This document shows, piece after piece, positions 1 through 12,022 of a DNA stretch of 64,000 nt (position 1 is its first letter; every line of letters starts with the position of its first letter). The notes under the pieces were generated by a model. It was not told the origin of the DNA, did no database searches, and was given only the letters and a program-made list of their open reading frames with translations. A program made the translations under genes and the position numbers. Source of the stretch: Minutocellus sp. GHC0000111 (taxonomy: Eukaryota); NCBI GenBank assembly GCA_977018835.1, contig OZ361259.1:3472001-3536000 (forward strand). Direction: 5' to 3'.

Positions 1-493
1 GATACCGGTCGCTCCCGCCGCCAAAGACCTTATCGACACTAAAGTTGTCCACCTCGACCAATTCGAGTTCCAGGCTATCGACTATGACACAATCGTCCGT
101 GCACTCGTTGAGGACGTCGAGCATGGTGTCGAGAAAGACCCTCTGGGCGCGATTCGTCCATTGGTCTTGGACGGCCGCCTCGCCGTACAGACTGACGAAG
201 ACGGTCTCTATAAACGGAATGACGTACCCGCCGCAGGTGCCCGACAGGACCTGCTGGGCGTACTCGTCCAGGACGGCCTGCTGCTTGGCCGCCTCGGCCG
301 CCTTGGCCTCGCAGTCCTGACGTTGCTTCATGAGTCGGTCGTAATTTGAGTATGTTATTATGGCTGGTATCTCAATGTCGCATTGCCCGGCAGCGGCCAC
401 GATAGTGCTACGGGTTGAGAAGACCGAGGCGAGGGACACCGCCGAGGCGGCGGTGGCCGAGAGGAGGCCACCAATTCGACGTCGGCGGGCCAT
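1..493 (-). CDS. Putative secreted protein, 3'-truncated by window edge
   Basis: Manual translation from ATG at 493: MARRRRIGGLLSATAASAVSLASVFSTRSTIVAAAGQCDIEIP...FIETVFVSLYGE...QRVFLDTMLDVLNECTDDCVIVDSLELE... The frame is open to position 1 and the N-terminus is signal-peptide-like. Not in the ORF track because no stop lies in the window. Confidence 0.65.
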   Translation of the reverse strand, partial: MARRRRIGGLLSATAASAVSLASVFSTRSTIVAAAGQCDIEIPAIITYSNYDRLMKQRQDCEAKAAEAAKQQAVLDEYAQQVLSGTCGGYVIPFIETVFVSLYGEAAVQDQWTNRAQRVFLDTMLDVLNECTDDCVIVDSLELELVEVDNFSVDKVFGGGSDRY

Positions 494-1568
494 TGGTGAT
501 CAAGACTGTGTGCTATGGAAATGAAAGAATGTCCGAGGAGGAGGAAATGGCAAAAAAGGTTTTTGAGAGGTTTTTGATGATCGTGACTGTGACCAACCAA
601 GCCGAACTTCGCCGACAGTGCGATTGCAGATCGGAAGCTACATTTGTAGTAGATCTAGTCTAGATCAGGAAGTCCAATACGTGTATATCTATCTACAAAG
701 TCACAACTTCTAGATATATACCGGTACATGTAACACCCTGGCATCATCACTATTGAGGTTTGCAGGTTGATTGTTGTTGTGTTGTTTCTCTGCTTGCTTT
801 GAAGGCAAGGCCAGCTGGCGAAGCTCAGACAGGCCAAAGTTATTATATACAGATCTAGATCTACTGTAACGTAATGGAACAGGAACAACCTGAGAACAAA
901 ATATTCCAGAAAACAAAACGCAAAAGAGAAGAGGGGGTATAAGGCGCAGAGACATTGCCGAAGATGAGCGTATGGTAGACTTCCTGCTACCGGTAACTCC
1001 AGAAAAAGGATGGGACCGCTGTCAGATTTGATACATAGATAAAAAGAGCAGAGAGGGTGACGATCCGATACCAATTGGAAGAGTGCTGTTCCGACAGGAC
1101 ATTGAATACACAAACGAATGTAGAGTTTTCGTTCTTCGTGTAACCGGTGAGCTGCACAAAGCTGTACCGGTAGGTACTCGTAGGTAGATCTGATGGTGGT
1201 GGGAGGGATTGTCAGATACGTTGAGGTTGATCCACCGCGTTGATTTGACCTACACATATATACAGTGTATGACGATCTGATTGGATGTGAAAGAAAAATA
1301 TAAAATGGAATGGGGATATGTAAAAAAAGGTAATGAATCGTTATCGTTCTATCGTATCATCAGCAACGAGGTTAGAAAAATATATATCAAGGGGTGCCTG
1401 GAAAGAGAAATGATGGGGAGGGAAAGGGGTTGCAACCTCTCGATGTTGGATGTCACCTCCTGAATACGAAAAGGGGCTGGAAAAAAAGTGAAAGGACGGA
1501 TCGATTATATCGATCGGAATTCGGACTCGTAGATCTTGGATGTTCCGGACCGACGGTTCACTTCTACT

Positions 1569-2330
1569 CTAGAGGAGCATGAGGGCCTCGGCGGCCTCGC
1601 GGCGGAGCTCATCCTCGTTGACGGCATCGGCGACGTAGATGGCCCGGGGAGTGACGAGGTTGCCCATCACGAAGTTGGCACGAGTGGGCGGGGCGGACGT
1701 GAAGCGGGGGAGGGCGAAAGGAGGAGGGGACACCACGACGGCAGAGGCAGCAGCAGCGGCTGCGGAGGCAGCCCTCTCTTCTTCCTCGTTGGCCTGCTGC
1801 TGGATGCGGAGCTCGGGAGGGAGGACGCCAGAAGGCGGGGGTAGGACGGACAAATGATTGTAGGCGGTGGAGTTGGTGGCCGAGGCGGCTCGGTTGGCGG
1901 CCGCTTCCTCTCGGATGCGATAACGGAGGGCGAGGACGTCGACCGGTGGACCGCCGTTCTCCTCGTAGTCGCTGAAGTCGTCGTCTTCATCGTCATCGTC
2001 TTCCTGCAGACTGATGTCGTCCTCCTCGTTATCTCCAACGGCATTCTCTTCTTCTTCTTCTTCTTCCTCCTCCTCCTGAAGTTGAAGGTTGAGCTCGAGG
2101 TTACTGGGCATGATACGACGACGGACTCGACGGCGGGAAGATACGTCACCACCATCACCATCTCCGTCATCATCGACAGCGCCATCGTCGGCGTACGACA
2201 CGGAACGACGACGGCGGAGGCTCCGACGGAGGCCTTCACCTTGGGGATCGTCTTGGGGGTCACCTTGAGGATCATCGACGTCGTGGTTGTTGTGGACGTG
2301 CTCGGTGTCGTTGGCAAAGGCGGCGGCCAT
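1569..2330 (-). CDS. Hypothetical acidic low-complexity protein (253 aa)
   Basis: ATG ORF with GC3-rich codons, D/E runs and basic RRRRS clusters (possible NLS), flanked by AT-richer DNA. No recognisable domain. Confidence 0.55.
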   Translation of the reverse strand: MAAAFANDTEHVHNNHDVDDPQGDPQDDPQGEGLRRSLRRRRSVSYADDGAVDDDGDGDGGDVSSRRRVRRRIMPSNLELNLQLQEEEEEEEEEENAVGDNEEDDISLQEDDDDEDDDFSDYEENGGPPVDVLALRYRIREEAAANRAASATNSTAYNHLSVLPPPSGVLPPELRIQQQANEEEERAASAAAAAASAVVVSPPPFALPRFTSAPPTRANFVMGNLVTPRAIYVADAVNEDELRREAAEALMLL

Positions 2331-2640
2331 GGCCTTGGCGGCCGCCTCCTCGAAGGCGATTCGGAGCGCGACCTTCTGGTGCTTGGACTTGACCTGGATG
2401 GGGGTCCTGAGGTTTTATTGTTGTGATATATATATGAGAGGGTGGGAGAGTGAGTTGAGTTATTTTGAATCGAATCGGAACAAATAAATAAAACGTGCTG
2501 CATGCAGTCATGATGATGGATGGATGGATCAGATACGCAGATACCGGCCAAAATCCTTCAGATACCGAACCAACAAATGGATACGCGACTTCTGGACCTA
2601 TTATTTGTGGCATCCGGTATCGTGATTGGTGCCTCCCATC

Positions 2641-3042
2641 TCATTCAAATTGGAGTTCGTGTTCGTTCATTTCTATATTCTTCTGGGCGTATCTTGGGGA
2701 GGATTCCAGCACGTAACGTGCACTTTTGAGACTGACGGATACGGAGACCCTCCCGACGCACCGATCCGACACCACCAGATACCAATGCATCATTTGGTGC
2801 AATTGGATTGCATCTGCCGTCCGTGGAAGTACCGGTATCTTGCGCACGCATTCCCTCCTGGGAACCCAAAAAACGACACATCAAAATCATGGCCAAAAAC
2901 TTTTCGACGGTTGCAATGCGAATACGCACCTGGTCCCGACGACGCGGCTGATGGCGACCCAATCCCGGCCGTGGCGCTCGAGGCCGACGTGGAGGAGACG
3001 ATTCTCGTCGTCCGTCCAGTGGCCGGTGTTGTATTTGACCAT
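2641..3042 (-). CDS. Small Myb/SANT-domain protein (possibly pseudogene)
   Basis: Exon 3042-2930 encodes MVKYNTGHWTDDENRLLHVGLERHGRDWVAISRVVGTR (W...G..W..I SANT pattern). It is followed by a GTGCGT donor and a candidate CAG acceptor at 2858, continuing in frame to the stop at 2641. Confidence 0.55.
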
Positions 3043-3266
3043 GATGGATGATGGTTGCGTTGATTGGCTGTTGCGTTGATGTGGCGTCTGCTCGATTTGT
3101 GAGAGGGCGAAAGCAAGGCGAAGCGAAGTAAGAAAGCAAGCAAGCAAGCAAGCGAAAAAGAACCCGGAAACATTGACAAGAGTACACACCGCCTGATTCT
3201 CTAGTTCTGTTCTCAGCCCGATGAATGAGCGAGTTTGCACCACAAGTGCTCACATCAAAACCAGCC

Positions 3267-4150
3267 ATGTCGCTCCAACCGTGCCTTCCCCTCCCGCCCT
3301 CCCGCTCCAGGAAGCGCCGTCGCGACCGACCGCATGGCAATGATGATACCGCCGACAGCAATGATAACAATGGTGGCGATCATGGCGATATTAATAATGC
3401 CGCCGGCTCCACAATGACGATGATGTCCGGCAGACAACGCATCGAGGACCTCGGCGCCATGTCGGCCATGGAGTTCATCGGTCGGGTCCACGAGGAAGCG
3501 CGGGGGTTGGGCGACGTCTTTGTCGCGGCGGCGGCGGGTGGTGGCGATGGTGCCGGTGCGAATGAGCGGCAACGACATTGCTTGTTGTTGCCACCACCAG
3601 TTCCGTCGGAAATGTTTGAAGGAACACATATGGGTTCGATCCCCTCGTTGTGCCGGACGATGCTGCCGAAGATCGTCTCTTGAACGGTGAGGACATGTGC
3701 TATGCTGTTCCGCGTCGCCGATGCCAAATGCCGCGGCAGTCTGGAAGACGCCGTGAGAAAGATATTGCAGGACTTCCGTGCCGGCAGAGTGGGACCGATC
3801 AGTCTTCAAGCTTGCTCCTCAAAAGTCGGACGAGGAAGGTCAGGTCAAGGTGGAGGTTACATGTGTGCGTGGGGTGGCGGCACTGGGGGGAGTCGGTGAA
3901 GAGATGGCCATCGCGGCCGAAGACTTGGAACGTATTTGAGCACAGGAACGAGATGACAGAGGATTGGAACTCCCGCCTGTGGTGGAGAAAAAAATGGAGA
4001 GCGGAAGTGATACTGCTAGCTAGTGCAACGAGCAGGGAAGATGGAGATAGTAGTGGTGTAGGTGATGACGCAGCAGAGGGAAGCGCTGGCATGTCAACAG
4101 ACCCGTCGAAGGAGGACGAGATCGGCAAAGGTTTGTTTGATGGTTGGTAA
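3267..4150 (+). pseudogene. Chimeric fragment: Gemin2-like N-terminus joined to frameshifted RbgA/YlqF-type GTPase C-terminus
   Basis: LQPCLP...AMEFIGRVHEEARGLGDVFVA resembles the Gemin2 N-terminal motif. Across frameshifts it is followed by QFRRKCL..YGFDPL...GEDMLFRVADAKCRGSLEDAVRKILQDFRAGRVGPISLQ...IGKGLFDGW*, which resembles the RbgA/Mtg1 C-terminal ILxDFRxGxxG motif. No GTPase G-motifs are present. Confidence 0.5.
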
Positions 4151-5190
4151 CTGCAGTTCGAACTTTCCTACAAGTACAGTAATAATTTTCGTTGTACCAA
4201 TACCATGTATTTTAATTAGTGTTCCGTATAGATAGCGAACTTCCAGATCGCTATGGCCGAGACCTCCGACGACGCTGCGGGCGAGCAATTTGAGCTCGCT
4301 GCTGAATGAATGATCACCCTTATCAAACTAATACTATGATGACGAATGAGATACGGGAGATACGGCATCGCTGGGCTGCTGATCACTCAGACGGAGACCT
4401 GGCATCTTCTCTAGTAGCTTTCACCGCGTGAAAGCCCCCGGACAGTCTCAGCGAGCGACTTGTTAATGGCATTGGACATGGTTCAATTTGTTCAATTGTC
4501 GCTGCATTTCTCCGGAGAAGCGCCATCGCAGCGAGATCGCTAGCTGGTAGCTAGCTCAACAAAAACAGATACAAACGCACTAGCTAGCAACGCCATCCGC
4601 GGACGCTGCTGCTGTTGCTGCGGCAAAGACATTGCTCTAAGGCACTGGTCGGTGCCGCCACGAGCAACGTTTCACGGCTACGGCGAATACTCGAATTCGT
4701 CCGCCAGCAGTAAACCCAGCCAGGCTGATACGCACTGGCTACGCCACCAGAGAGTAAAGGGCCGGTATACAGAACGGTAGCATAATGGCGGTGGTCTCTC
4801 CGCTTGCAAAATGAGGAGGACAGCAATGGTTCCGTCTTGATTTGATACACGGGTAGTCGATTTTTTCCTGCCGATTGTGCTGCTGCGCCAACACTTTAAA
4901 AAAAAAACGAAAGATACCGAGCTGCCGCCGAATGCTCCAAGACGCACAGCAAACAATGCATACTCGTAGGTGCCATCTTGTGCTCCATTTAGCGGGTAAA
5001 ATGCTCCGGCGGCGCGGCGGTGGCGTCATGCTTGTCTGGCTGAATGCAATAAAAAAATGGCATGAGCGAGTCAAGTCAGTCCCGTCAATTTTAGAATTTG
5101 AAAAACGGGATTGGCACAAGGGGCGAAACGTCATTCGATGCCAGATTCTTCGCCTCAAGCGCAAAGAAAGATGGCGAACACACGAAGTAG

Positions 5191-5406
5191 GTAGTAGAAG
5201 GATGACGAACGGCGCTTCTATGCCATCGACGTGCGTTATGGAGGTGAGCTCCGTATTTTTCGACCGCGTTTCTGCGATGCGCTCGAAATTTACCGACACC
5301 GACTCGACGTAGTAGAAGGATGATTAACGGCGCTTCTCTATGCCATCGGCGTGCGGTATTGAGCCGAAATGCATTTTTCGACCGCTCGAAATTTACGGGA
5401 CTCGAC
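5191..5406. repeat. Imperfect tandem duplication (units ~118 and ~98 bp)
   Basis: Both units start GTAGTAGAAGGATGA..AACGGCGCTTCT..ATGCCATCG.CGTGCG and contain ATTTTTCGACCGC..GCTCGAAATTTAC..GACTCGAC. Confidence 0.8.
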
Positions 5407-6602
5407 CGACCAGTTGCGACGACCTCAAAGATGAAGAGGAAGCTCTGGACCAGGAGTTTCTCGACAAGGTTGCCAATGAGGACACCGATTCATTCTGCGA
5501 TGACCTCATTTGTTTTTTCTCATCCCAGCGGCATGCCTGTGATTTTGCGCCGCACAATTTAGTCGCGTGGCGATCAGCAGCAGCGCCGGCGGACACAAAT
5601 CTACCTGGTTATGCCCATGCCCATGCCCAACCTCAACTCAAATAGTTTCTTGACAGTTGGTACTGTACGTCAGTCGGACCCGTGCTTGTGTTGTCGTCGA
5701 ATAGCATCGGATCGCTCGCTTTGTCTGCCGGATGTATCCCATTCCGTTCTGTCGAGCGATGGAGCAAGCAGGCAAGCAAGCAAGCAGAGTCCACCGGTCG
5801 CGACGCCGTGGCGATGGCGGCCGATGATGGTCTTCCGAAAGACATGTGAGAGTAATATGGAGCGGACTATTCGCATGGCATAGCAGCAGCAGCAGTGCGG
5901 GGGATCGGAGCCAGCGCTGGCGGTGCGAGCTACCTAGCTAGCTACATTGCTAGCTCGCTACCTCGAGCCAGTGGCAGAAGGAAAGGCGTTGTTGGTTGCT
6001 TTGGGTTGGAGGCTTAGGGCGCGGCTGGCGTTAGATGATGGTTGCAAATGGAAGAGGATTGGGGCGGCCGCTCGTCCGGATACTACATACTCTACCGCTC
6101 TGCACTGATGCTTCCAAGAAGCTCCAACATCCACTGCTACGTTCGGCCGAGGCTGAGGCAGAGGCAGAGGAACAGAGATGGTATTGCTCGGCAGCCGTGG
6201 GCATGGTGCAGCAGGGTCAGCCGATGACGGTGGGTCGCGGTGCTGCTAGGAGTAGGCAGAGGTATGGGCCGCGGATCGTTAGCCGCTGCTGTGGTGGACC
6301 AGTAAGTTGATCGCTTTTCGGCAAAGATGCCAATCGCCACGGCGCAATTAGCAATACAAGCAAACGTCCCGGTGGTAAGGCTTCCATCTCGGGGTCTGGA
6401 GTGTGTTCAAGAATTTCTGAGGGAAAACTATTTTCAACTACAAGTACTCAAGCTAGAGTTTACCCATACATTTACACTTTATCTTGTCTGCTTACTAGAT
6501 TGAGACTGGGGGCTTCAATGCAACAAAAGGGTCTTCTAAAACTGAATACCAACTCGTCTCTTCACAGTTTTTGAGCGCAAACACTTTAGCTACGACGCAT
6601 GC

Positions 6603-9600
6603 CTATTCTGTCGATATCGCCAAGCCCCTCGATAGAAGCTCAGCGTTTTTGGCCAGAACTCGGAGCATCACCTTCTTGTTCCAAAACGCAAAGCACTTCC
6701 GCTCACGAAGATCACTAGCATCAACGGCATTTCCGTACATTGCAGCCACGTAATTACATATCTTCGAAATACCCAAATGATCATCATCTCCGTCTTGGAA
6801 GATGAAGGATCTCTTTTTCCTTTTTCCTTTCATAATCATAGGAACCAAATTGACTCGCATGACAGACATGGAACAGCGCATGACAAGCTCAATCACATCA
6901 TCATTGATTCCAACAAGCTCCTCGAATCTCATCTTGATGCAATCACTAAGGAATACGGCAGAAAAGATGGTGAGATACTCCTCGAGCTTACTTTCCGACA
7001 GATGGACGGTATTGCCGGTGGCATTCTCCTCTCCATCTGCATCTTCTGCATCGTCTTCAGGCTGAGATGAAGCGTCGGTCTCGATGATGCTTTCTGCAGC
7101 AGCGTTGCGGAATACGTCCAGAAAATCTCTTGACTTGACACTGAGAATAATATCGGCGAAGGTTTGGATGGCGCCATCATCAACCTTCAAAGCTGGCGCA
7201 AGAATGGAGCTGCAAACATCCGATATCGTCGTGGTGTCGGCAGCGTTGGACTGTTGGGAATGAGCAAGATTCATGACTTTGGTCTTGACATCATCGTTGA
7301 GCTCGCCAAGAGTAATGTCGTTCATCCCGGTAACGACCACCTTGAGGGTTACAATGTTGGCCAGAAGGTAGGCAGAGCACTTTGGCGCGAGCATTTCATT
7401 CATGTGCCGTTTTTGTTCCGTAGGAGTAAGGCCACACAAACCTTCCACAAATTCCTCTCCTGCCTTTAGCATTGCGTCCAGACGGGTCCTAGCCGGGGAA
7501 GAGGCATCAGGCTCAGCGTCGTCGAGGCCTCCATCGCTACCAGTGGCAGCCGCTTGGTTGATAGCGTCAAAGCACGTCATGTCCCTCCTAATGGGACAAT
7601 TCGCATTCTTGAAGTATGGCCAGATTCGCCTTGGCCTCCGCTCTCGTCGTCCCGTCCCATTTTCCGGCGTTGGACCCTGCAAAGGTCCTCTTTAGCCTTG
7701 TCTTGTCTGCCAGATATGGGAGCAAAGCGCCGGCATAGCTCTCATTGGATCGCATGAGCTTCTCGAAGAAGGGTTCGGTATCGTAGCACTCAGGAGAGAA
7801 TCTCTCAACTAGACGGCGAAGGTGATAGAGATAAAGGGACTGAAAACTGACAGGCAACTCGTTGTATTCCCCCTCATACTCAAAGAGGACGACGTGATGC
7901 AGCTCGTGCAGAGCTCGGGTTGGATCAGAAGTTTCGTTGAGATGTGGTTGAAGAGCAGCGTCATATAGATGAAGGATCGTTTTGCCGAAAATATTGGCGT
8001 CGTCGATAGGGACACCAGACTTCTTGCGTGCAAAGTCCATGCTGAACGAATGGAGGATATCGCCGTACTGTGCATCATCTCCAAGCTTGGTCTTGATGCC
8101 GGCCAGAAGCAGCTGTTTGGACTCGACGGACCACATGGGATCAGTGGCATACTTGTTGACCAAATCCTTGGTGGCGTTCATGACCGTATCGACCACACCA
8201 AACGCGGCGAGGTTGGGATACCTGAGGGAGAGTTCGTCGGTACTGATGCCCTCCTCGTCGGTGGGACGACTGATGCCCTCCTCGTCGGCATCGATGCCTG
8301 ATACCTCCTCAATATCGGTATCGCCTGCACCAAGGAAGGACTCATCATTATTGTTGGTCATGTCAGCCGTAGCAGTGGTGATTGAGCTCGTATTGAGGTC
8401 AGCCTACACATGTTGGCATGATGCAAAATAGTTGAAGAGAATGTAGGAAACTGTGAGTATGAGGTCAAATAATACATATACACATATTGGAGGTGATGAT
8501 AATTGATTTGAGTACCATGTCCAGCAGATGCAATACAAATTAGCCACTACTCACCATGCCAAGAAGTCCATCATCAGCATAACCACTGGGAGCCGATCCT
8601 GTTGCAGTACTGGGCTTCCACTGTCCAATCATGTGAGTAGTGGAGGTATCATCACCATCTCGGCCCTCCTGTCCCGGCTCAAAACGCTGACTCCCATACT
8701 GGAACTTGGGCGACCCCGGTCGGGCGCTTTTGGCAGGAGATCCATCCAATCGGACGGGCCGACCGTCGGCACCCCGGGCATATCCAGCGGCACCGTTGTT
8801 GTTGCTTGCTGAATACATGACGGTTGGAACAGACACACGGCCGTCCGCCAGACCGACGCGGGACCGGGACGAATACTGCTCGGCGGCGAATCCCGCGGAG
8901 CGGGAGCGGAGTTCGCTCGTGCCGTTGGTAACAGCTTTGCCCACACGGGCCCGACCCGGAAAGTCGAGATTAATGCTGTTGAGCTCATCGTCGAAATGTG
9001 CATATTCGTCCCCCACGGTGTTGGCCGGCGGGGGAGGCGCCGACGGTGCCGCCGACGGACGCGAATACGGATTCCGCGGGATCGACATCTGCCGCGAAGC
9101 TGGGGCTGGGGCGGCAGACCTGATGCCACCACCGACCATTGAATTCACGGCCGGAATGCTGATGCCGCCGATATCCCCGACGCCACCCACGCTCTTGCCG
9201 CGCGGTCGCTGCTGCTGCTGCTGCTGACGTGGCTGGTGAGTTATTGCCGTCCGATTTTGAACGCGCTGCTGCTGCTGATAATGATGCGGCCGATACAGGC
9301 CGCGCTGCTGGTTTGAGCTGGGCTTCGACCACCCCTGCCAGGCCGGAACAACGGCATTCTCGACGCCACCAATACTTTTGGAGCGTGGACGCTGGTGCTG
9401 GAGTTGAGCCGAGGGATGATACAAACTCTGCTGCTGAGTTCGACATTGGTTTTGGTTTTGGCGTTGTTGCGGTTGTTGCTGCTGCTGCTGTTGGTAGGGG
9501 AGGGGGTGCTGCTGCTGGTTTGACAACGGCAATCCCCGGCCGTTGCCCGCACCCTGCCCTTTGTCTTGCATCACGGCCAGATGTTGCTGCGACTGCTGCT

Positions 9601-9634
9601 ACGACTTATGGGGGAACCAGAGCCGCCGCTCCAT
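6603..9634 (-). pseudogene. Uncharacterised family member A (Q-rich N-terminus + helical C-terminal domain), disrupted
   Basis: The Q-rich exon (ATG 9634/9571 to 8555) splices by a phase-0 GTGAGT...TGTAG intron (8554-8404) to the 7588..8361 ORF. A frameshift near 7590 then leads into the 6603..7682 ORF. There is an in-frame TAG at 9599-9601. The C-terminus is clearly paralogous to 12023-13000. Confidence 0.6.
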
Positions 9635-10320
9635 GAGAGAGAGAGACTGAAGCGATTTGAATGGCAAATCCCAAACTACAAAAATCGCACCGCGCCGGAC
9701 ACACTTTTCTGCAAAAATTCGTATACTCTGCTGGTCCATACCGATCGCCCGGGGGGTCTATTGATGAATCGGAAGCGTATCTGTGAGGCTGGAGAGCACC
9801 GCATTACCTGTCCCGACCGGTTCGGAAGGATCGAGGCGAGTCTCGTTGGCCTTGACTCTCGCTTAGAGCTCGACGGTAATGACGACACAAGGGCAACGGT
9901 AAGACAAAGTCCAAGTCGAAGCCATCTACAACAGGAAAGGGCAGTGACAAGACTGGTGCAGTTTTGCTGGGCCAAAGAGGTCCAATCCCCAAGTCTCAGA
10001 AGGAGGAGGCGGAGAAGAAGATCCTCCGAAAAATCCCGCACGGGACGTCAGCCATTGCCGACGAAGCGGGACGAATGCATCGACCTCTGCGAGGAAGAGG
10101 GTGATTCTGCACCTACTACAGTAGTAACGCGGGTACCAGCACTGTGTTTCCGTCTCCCACTTCCACCTCTTGAACTACATCGACTCCCCACTATACCTAT
10201 CAGCAGCAGCAGCAGCAGCCGAGCGGCAAGTCTACGGGTAAACGCGGTGCGAATGCCATGGCTGCATCGAGCGCTGCGGAACGAGACAGACGAGTTGGAG
10301 GAACCGGAGGGAATAAGTTT

Positions 10321-11507
10321 ATGAACTGGAGGGAGCAGAAGAGAAGACGCGAAGAGGCCGCCGCGGGAGGCGGGAGGAATCTAGCCCCCAATGCCCACAA
10401 TTCGTGGTCCTTTAGGAGGGTCCGGACCAAGCATTGGTAGCAACAGCGGTACTATCGCCGCAGCTGCCGTCAATAATGGATCCAATTCGTCTTGGCGGTA
10501 TGAAAGGAAGGAGCAGGCTGCAATGGTAAGTTCTCTGCTTATTTTTCCCTGGCATTTCAGCTATTAGAATATCATACCATTCTCACACTCTCTCACGCAA
10601 ATTGTGTTCTTTCCACTTCAAACCATTATCATAACAGCAAAAGAGAGCGTTCGGCAGTCCGAAGGAGAACCCCTTTTCTTCCTTTCAATTCGATCCCAAT
10701 TGCGCCGAGTCCAATCTGTATGCACTGAGTGGCAGTCGTAGCAGTAGTACCGCCAAAACGAAGAACGGCGCAACTCGCGACAGCATCAATGGTTTTATTC
10801 CGCCCTCGTTTGGACGAACCGCAGGAGCTGGCGGTCGAATGATGGGACGGCGTTTCAGTACCGCCAAGAAGAAGAGCCGAGGTCGTGCCAATGGTCTTAC
10901 CCTTCCGCCGACGGAGCTCCTCCGGAATAAGGCTAACGAAATGGCTGCTTTGCGAGGGCAGATGCAATACCAGGTCACGGCTACTTCTACTGGCATGGGC
11001 ATGCCTACCGGTCCAGGTCCAGGTCCGCATTCTCAGTATGAAATTGTCGGCCAGCAGATGCAAGGCGGGGGTACCCAGCATTCTTCCATCCATTCTACAG
11101 CACCCACATCCGCAGTAGCAGCAGCAGCAGTATCCGTACCAGCAACAACAGGTGGCTGCGATGGCTCAGGCCATGGTTCAAGCACGTCCAATGGCCTCTT
11201 TTGCTCCGATGCCGACGCCGCTTATATGCAACAAGTGCAAGTTCCTGTCGCCGCAGCCATGATGCCAGCTACTGCTTCGAGACCGACAATGGCGGCACAG
11301 AGTCCGTTCGGATACAATCCAATGGGTCCTGGCTATGGTCATTATCATCAGACAATGGGAGGGGGGGGGAATGGATACGTCAGTCGCTTCACACTCATAT
11401 ACCAGCAGCCCGCCTCCTCCCTTTGCTGGACGGCAACCACGAACTTGGCTCACTATCAACTCGATCAGCTCGGAACAATCTGGTCGGATTCTTTGCCGAA
11501 GACATAG
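10321..11507 (+). pseudogene. Low-complexity hypothetical protein, frameshifted, one intron
   Basis: MNWREQKRRR...RVRTK/(frameshift ~10428)SIGSNSG...EQAAM, then a GTAAGT donor at 10526 and an acceptor near 10637. It resumes QKRAFGSPKENPFSSFQFDPN... in frame with the 10839..11507 ORF. Confidence 0.45.
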
Positions 11508-12022
11508 CAGCAAGGTCAGAGCCTCTGCGGAACAGTCCGTAGCCTTGGTCCAATCGTTCCGCTTGGTGTTCTCTTCTCCCTCCGGCTCCAGCAACAAATT
11601 ACTCGATCAATGAAGGCCGCCTTTGGCAGGTACCGCGGTACCCCAGCTCACCTTCGATTCCGGCGGATCCCTCGAGCCGAGAAGGCCTTCGTACCATCAA
11701 AGGAAGCCATACATCGACCTGCTCAAATCGATGGTTGACCTTGACCCTCTCAGCCCCATCTGGTGCCGACCTAGAGGTCTTATGAGATCTCCAACAATCC
11801 CAATAAGGATCATCGTCAAAGAATGATAGCAGTTTGATCCACCGCTGCCATAAACTAGACGTACACTCTAGTATATTGAGTCGATTGAGGGTCTAATAGT
11901 AACCTTAGATCTACATAACGGCCTTCTACAGCGGCGAGAAGGTCCGTCGGGGCTTGAAATTCGCAGCGAATCTCGGTTCGGTCTCTGGCTGAAACCAGCC
12001 TGTATGACGTTCGGGTGCAACT

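Noticed and set aside
655..1257. 200-aa minus-strand ORF
   Set aside because: AT-richer intergenic sequence with palindromic AGATCT motifs and a non-protein-like translation.
9566..10324. 252-aa plus-strand ORF
   Set aside because: Lies in the spacer between two divergent genes and has no domain signal.
11623..11826. YIDLLKSMVDLDP as the missing kinase C-lobe
   Set aside because: Only one short subdomain-XI-like match, on the opposite strand, with no HRD/DFG/APE nearby.
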